Shown: positions 35,521 to 37,984 of the stretch, in pieces
Position numbering within the stretch: position 1 is the stretch's first letter
Layout: each line of letters begins with the position of its first letter
The notes under the pieces: generated by a model
The model's database searches: none
Seen by the model: the letters and a program-made list of their open reading frames with translations, nothing else
Told to the model about the DNA's origin: nothing
Made by a program: the position numbers and the translations under genes
Virus record (IMG/VR): IMGVR_UViG_3300044618_001120
Span: 1 to 37,984 of that record
DNA: 37,984 nucleotides
Origin: a virus
Taxonomy: Duplodnaviria; Caudoviricetes
Reading direction: 5' to 3' (one strand)

Positions 35521-36417
35521 ATGATTATTCGCAAAACACTTGAGGAAATGCCCGAGCGTGGGTTAAATATTTTAATTTATGGCGACCCGGGTATAGGTAA
35601 AACCACACTCGCGAACACAGCCCCAAACCCATTGGTTTTGGATTTTGACAACGGTTACCACCGCGCAAGCCATAGCAAGCATTATGTAACATATTCCAAT
35701 TGGGGCGACGTGCTCAGAGACAAACAGGATATTTACAATGCTCTTAAAACTGAGTATAATACATTGGTTGTTGACACCGTTGGAACGGGCATAGAGTTAA
35801 TGCAAGCGTGGGCCGTCAAATCGGACCCGCGGTTAGAAAATTCCACAATGCGCATGTGGGGTGAAATTAAAAAGCAGTCCACGGAATTTTTTAACCCGCT
35901 CAAATTCATGGGTAAAAACATAGTGTATATTGCGCACACGAAGTTCAAAGACGAGGGCGACACACGCCGCGCAATGCCATTGATACCCGGCGGAACATAC
36001 GACACAATTTTGCAAACGTGTGATTTGGTGGGATATTACACCACTACCAATAACAAGCATGTTTTAACATTTGATTTATCGGACACCGTGACCGCTAAAA
36101 ATTGCGCGGGTATTCCCCCAATTGTAGTGGGTGACGTGTTGGAAATGCGTAATGTACTGAGTGAGGTAATAGACACGACAAAGGCGGCGTTAATTGCACG
36201 CGCCAAAAATCAGGAACAAGCGTTACAAGTTGTTGACAAGTGGACAAACGAGGCAAAAACCGCAAAAGACCCAAACAAACTATTTGAGAGTCTTGCAAAC
36301 GCGGGTTTACCAAATGATACGAAAAAAAGCGTTTGGGGTGCCATTGTTGGAACGCTCAGTAAACGCGGTTTCACATGGGACGCGGACGCCAAACTATTTA
36401 CCAAGGGGGAAAAATGA
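35521..36417 (+). CDS. AAA_24 / Sak4-like recombination ATPase
   Basis: ILIYGDPGIGKTTLA, LDFDNG, LVVDT, YIAH and CDLVGY. Confidence 0.85.
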   Translation: MIIRKTLEEMPERGLNILIYGDPGIGKTTLANTAPNPLVLDFDNGYHRASHSKHYVTYSNWGDVLRDKQDIYNALKTEYNTLVVDTVGTGIELMQAWAVKSDPRLENSTMRMWGEIKKQSTEFFNPLKFMGKNIVYIAHTKFKDEGDTRRAMPLIPGGTYDTILQTCDLVGYYTTTNNKHVLTFDLSDTVTAKNCAGIPPIVVGDVLEMRNVLSEVIDTTKAALIARAKNQEQALQVVDKWTNEAKTAKDPNKLFESLANAGLPNDTKKSVWGAIVGTLSKRGFTWDADAKLFTKGEK

Positions 36418-36728
36418 TTACGCCCCGCATGCCCAATGAAATGCGTCACGCCGTTGACCTTGTATTAGAGCATTTGGACACAATGGTTAGTGTCAATTTG
36501 ACACGTGAGGATTATGCAGAGTTATACAAAGCATATAACGACAAGCACAACGCCCAAGCCCTTGTAATAGTTTCCAACGCAATGCGCCGTTTAATGGTAT
36601 CATTCATACAAAGCACCGACAACCATGAGTTATTTTTTGAGGACCCCGTATATTGGCGCCGTTATACCAAGGCGCGCCGTATGGAAATATTAAATAGTTT
36701 GCATGATTATGTGGAGCAAATGCCATGA
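36414..36728 (+). CDS. Hypothetical protein
   Basis: ATGA overlaps at both ends; its 3' end is also at window positions 1-68. Confidence 0.65.
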   Translation: MITPRMPNEMRHAVDLVLEHLDTMVSVNLTREDYAELYKAYNDKHNAQALVIVSNAMRRLMVSFIQSTDNHELFFEDPVYWRRYTKARRMEILNSLHDYVEQMP

Positions 36729-36838
36729 GTAAATTAAGAGAGGTTGCAACCGCGTTAATGTGGAGCGCCATAATAGTAACGTTTGCACTAATACTAATGG
36801 ACGTAATTGTGACGATGCTCAGAGGTTTCCATGCTTAA
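36725..36838 (+). CDS. Small membrane protein, allele 2
   Basis: Colinear with 65-178. Confidence 0.6.
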   Translation: MSKLREVATALMWSAIIVTFALILMDVIVTMLRGFHA

Positions 36839-37463
36839 AATATCCGCAACACAATTAGAAGCGTTCCGGCGCTATCAGAGCGGTAAAATATCGTGGACCA
36901 TGTTAGAGGACACAATATTAAAAAAGAGCCCGCCAAGCCCGTTAATGAGCCTTGGAACGCAATTTCATGAGTTATTACAGGCCGACACAGTTACGCCCGA
37001 CGATTGCGCCCCGTATTTTGATTATGAGGATATAACAGAGGCGCGCAAAAAAATCAATTACACGTGCAAAGCGTTCGAATTTAAGTTGCGGGCGGTTGTC
37101 CAAACTCATTACGGAATGGAGGTTGCAATAACAGGCGTGGCGGACCAAATTTTACCCGGCCAAGTTGTCGAATTTAAGACACGTTATTCACCGTTTCAAT
37201 ATGATAGTTACTCAGACTCGATGCAATGGCGGTTATATTGCATGTTATTCGACGTTCCATGCGTTAATTACAAGGTTTGGGAATTGAAACGGGACGAAGA
37301 CACCAACGCATGTAAGGTAAAAGCATATAACGATTTCGTGTTATACACATACGCCAATATGGAACGTGAATTAATGCAAAGCGTCACGGAATTTACACAG
37401 TTATTAGAGCGGTACGGGCTGAGTTCGCACCCGTTATTGCAAATTGATATGCAAACCGCGTAA
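36831..37463 (+). CDS. PD-(D/E)XK exonuclease, allele 2
   Basis: 9 of 210 aa differ from 171-803. Confidence 0.75.
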   Translation: MLKISATQLEAFRRYQSGKISWTMLEDTILKKSPPSPLMSLGTQFHELLQADTVTPDDCAPYFDYEDITEARKKINYTCKAFEFKLRAVVQTHYGMEVAITGVADQILPGQVVEFKTRYSPFQYDSYSDSMQWRLYCMLFDVPCVNYKVWELKRDEDTNACKVKAYNDFVLYTYANMERELMQSVTEFTQLLERYGLSSHPLLQIDMQTA

Positions 37464-37592
37464 CTATATTTATTGTCAACAAGTTATGAGACATTACATA
37501 AACAGCGTACGCAATACGGATTATTTCGAGAAAGCAATGCGCACAGAGCGCGCAATATTATTTATTTTCAACAAGTTACGGAGACTAGCAAA

Positions 37593-37967
37593 ATGGGTTT
37601 AATTAAATTTATTCGCGGGTTATTTTCAAAGCCCAAACAAAAGCGCGTTAAAGCGTTGAAAACAAAGGAAACTATAAAATATATTGGCATTTGGGAACGC
37701 CCGCCGGTTGGCCGTTTGTCCTATCATGACTCGGAGCGCATTTGTTTAGAAATGAGCAAATACATGACAACAAAAGAGGTTGCAAACAAATTGAACAAAA
37801 TGGGTTATTTAACGGGCAATGGTCGTAAATGGACCGCGCCCAATGTTAATTGGCATTGCATCAAACACCGTTACAACAAGCCAAGCAAAAAAACACATGA
37901 TACCGTTAGGTACCCAAGTTTGGGCGCCCGCATGAATTACGCTCAGAAACAAAACGGCGTAAATTGA
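37593..37967 (+). CDS. Recombinase-type HTH protein, allele 2
   Basis: The N-half is near-identical to 933-1334; the HTH and C-terminus are diverged. Confidence 0.6.
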   Translation: MGLIKFIRGLFSKPKQKRVKALKTKETIKYIGIWERPPVGRLSYHDSERICLEMSKYMTTKEVANKLNKMGYLTGNGRKWTAPNVNWHCIKHRYNKPSKKTHDTVRYPSLGARMNYAQKQNGVN

Positions 37968-37984
37968 TTTTAACAAGCGAAACG

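Larger units (their letters stand above)
1..36660 (+). mobile_element. Complete circularly permuted siphovirus-like phage genome, probable Bacteroidota/FCB host
   Basis: Full terminase-portal-protease-capsid-neck-tail set plus replication and lysis genes. The sequence at 36661 restarts position 1. Confidence 0.93.
36661..37984 (+). repeat. Diverged direct repeat, copy 2 (allelic variant of 1-1351)
   Basis: Same genes in the same order. Confidence 0.95.

Noticed and set aside
36661-37984. Biological long terminal repeat
   Set aside because: The copies are diverged, and perfect identity stops at exactly 127 nt, which fits an assembly overlap into a strain bubble better.

Overview
The window is an essentially complete, circularly permuted tailed phage genome (HK97-type capsid, long tape measure, siphovirus-like) with a unit length of about 36,660 bp. 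All credible genes are on the + strand. Positions 36661-37984 repeat 1-~1351 as a diverged allele: identical for exactly 127 nt, then polymorphic, most likely an assembly that circled the genome and ran into a co-occurring strain variant. Gene order: PD-(D/E)XK nuclease, recombinase-type HTH, putative replication initiator, two DnaA-domain-IV-like proteins, Twinkle/T7-gp4-like primase-helicase, nucleases, DNA methyltransferase, SAM methyltransferase, tRNA-Leu(TAA), DUF3127-like protein, GT7 glycosyltransferase, holin/CHAP lysin, tail-fibre cluster, phosphoesterase, spanin-like protein, ParB-like protein, terminase, portal-MuF fusion, protease, capsid, neck, GT2 glycosyltransferase, tail, then small early genes and a Sak4-like ATPase. 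A TTG-N20-TAAGTTTG promoter and the DUF3127-like gene point to a Bacteroidota/FCB host. I recognised no integrase or CI-type repressor. The most striking observation is a structured ~75-nt intergenic RNA candidate at 9782-9856. Its largely single-stranded core is the reverse complement of a TTGGAGCA-N4-9-ATG translation-start motif shared by about ten early/replication genes, which suggests a phage-encoded multi-target antisense regulator. All annotations come from motif reading by eye; no searches were run.
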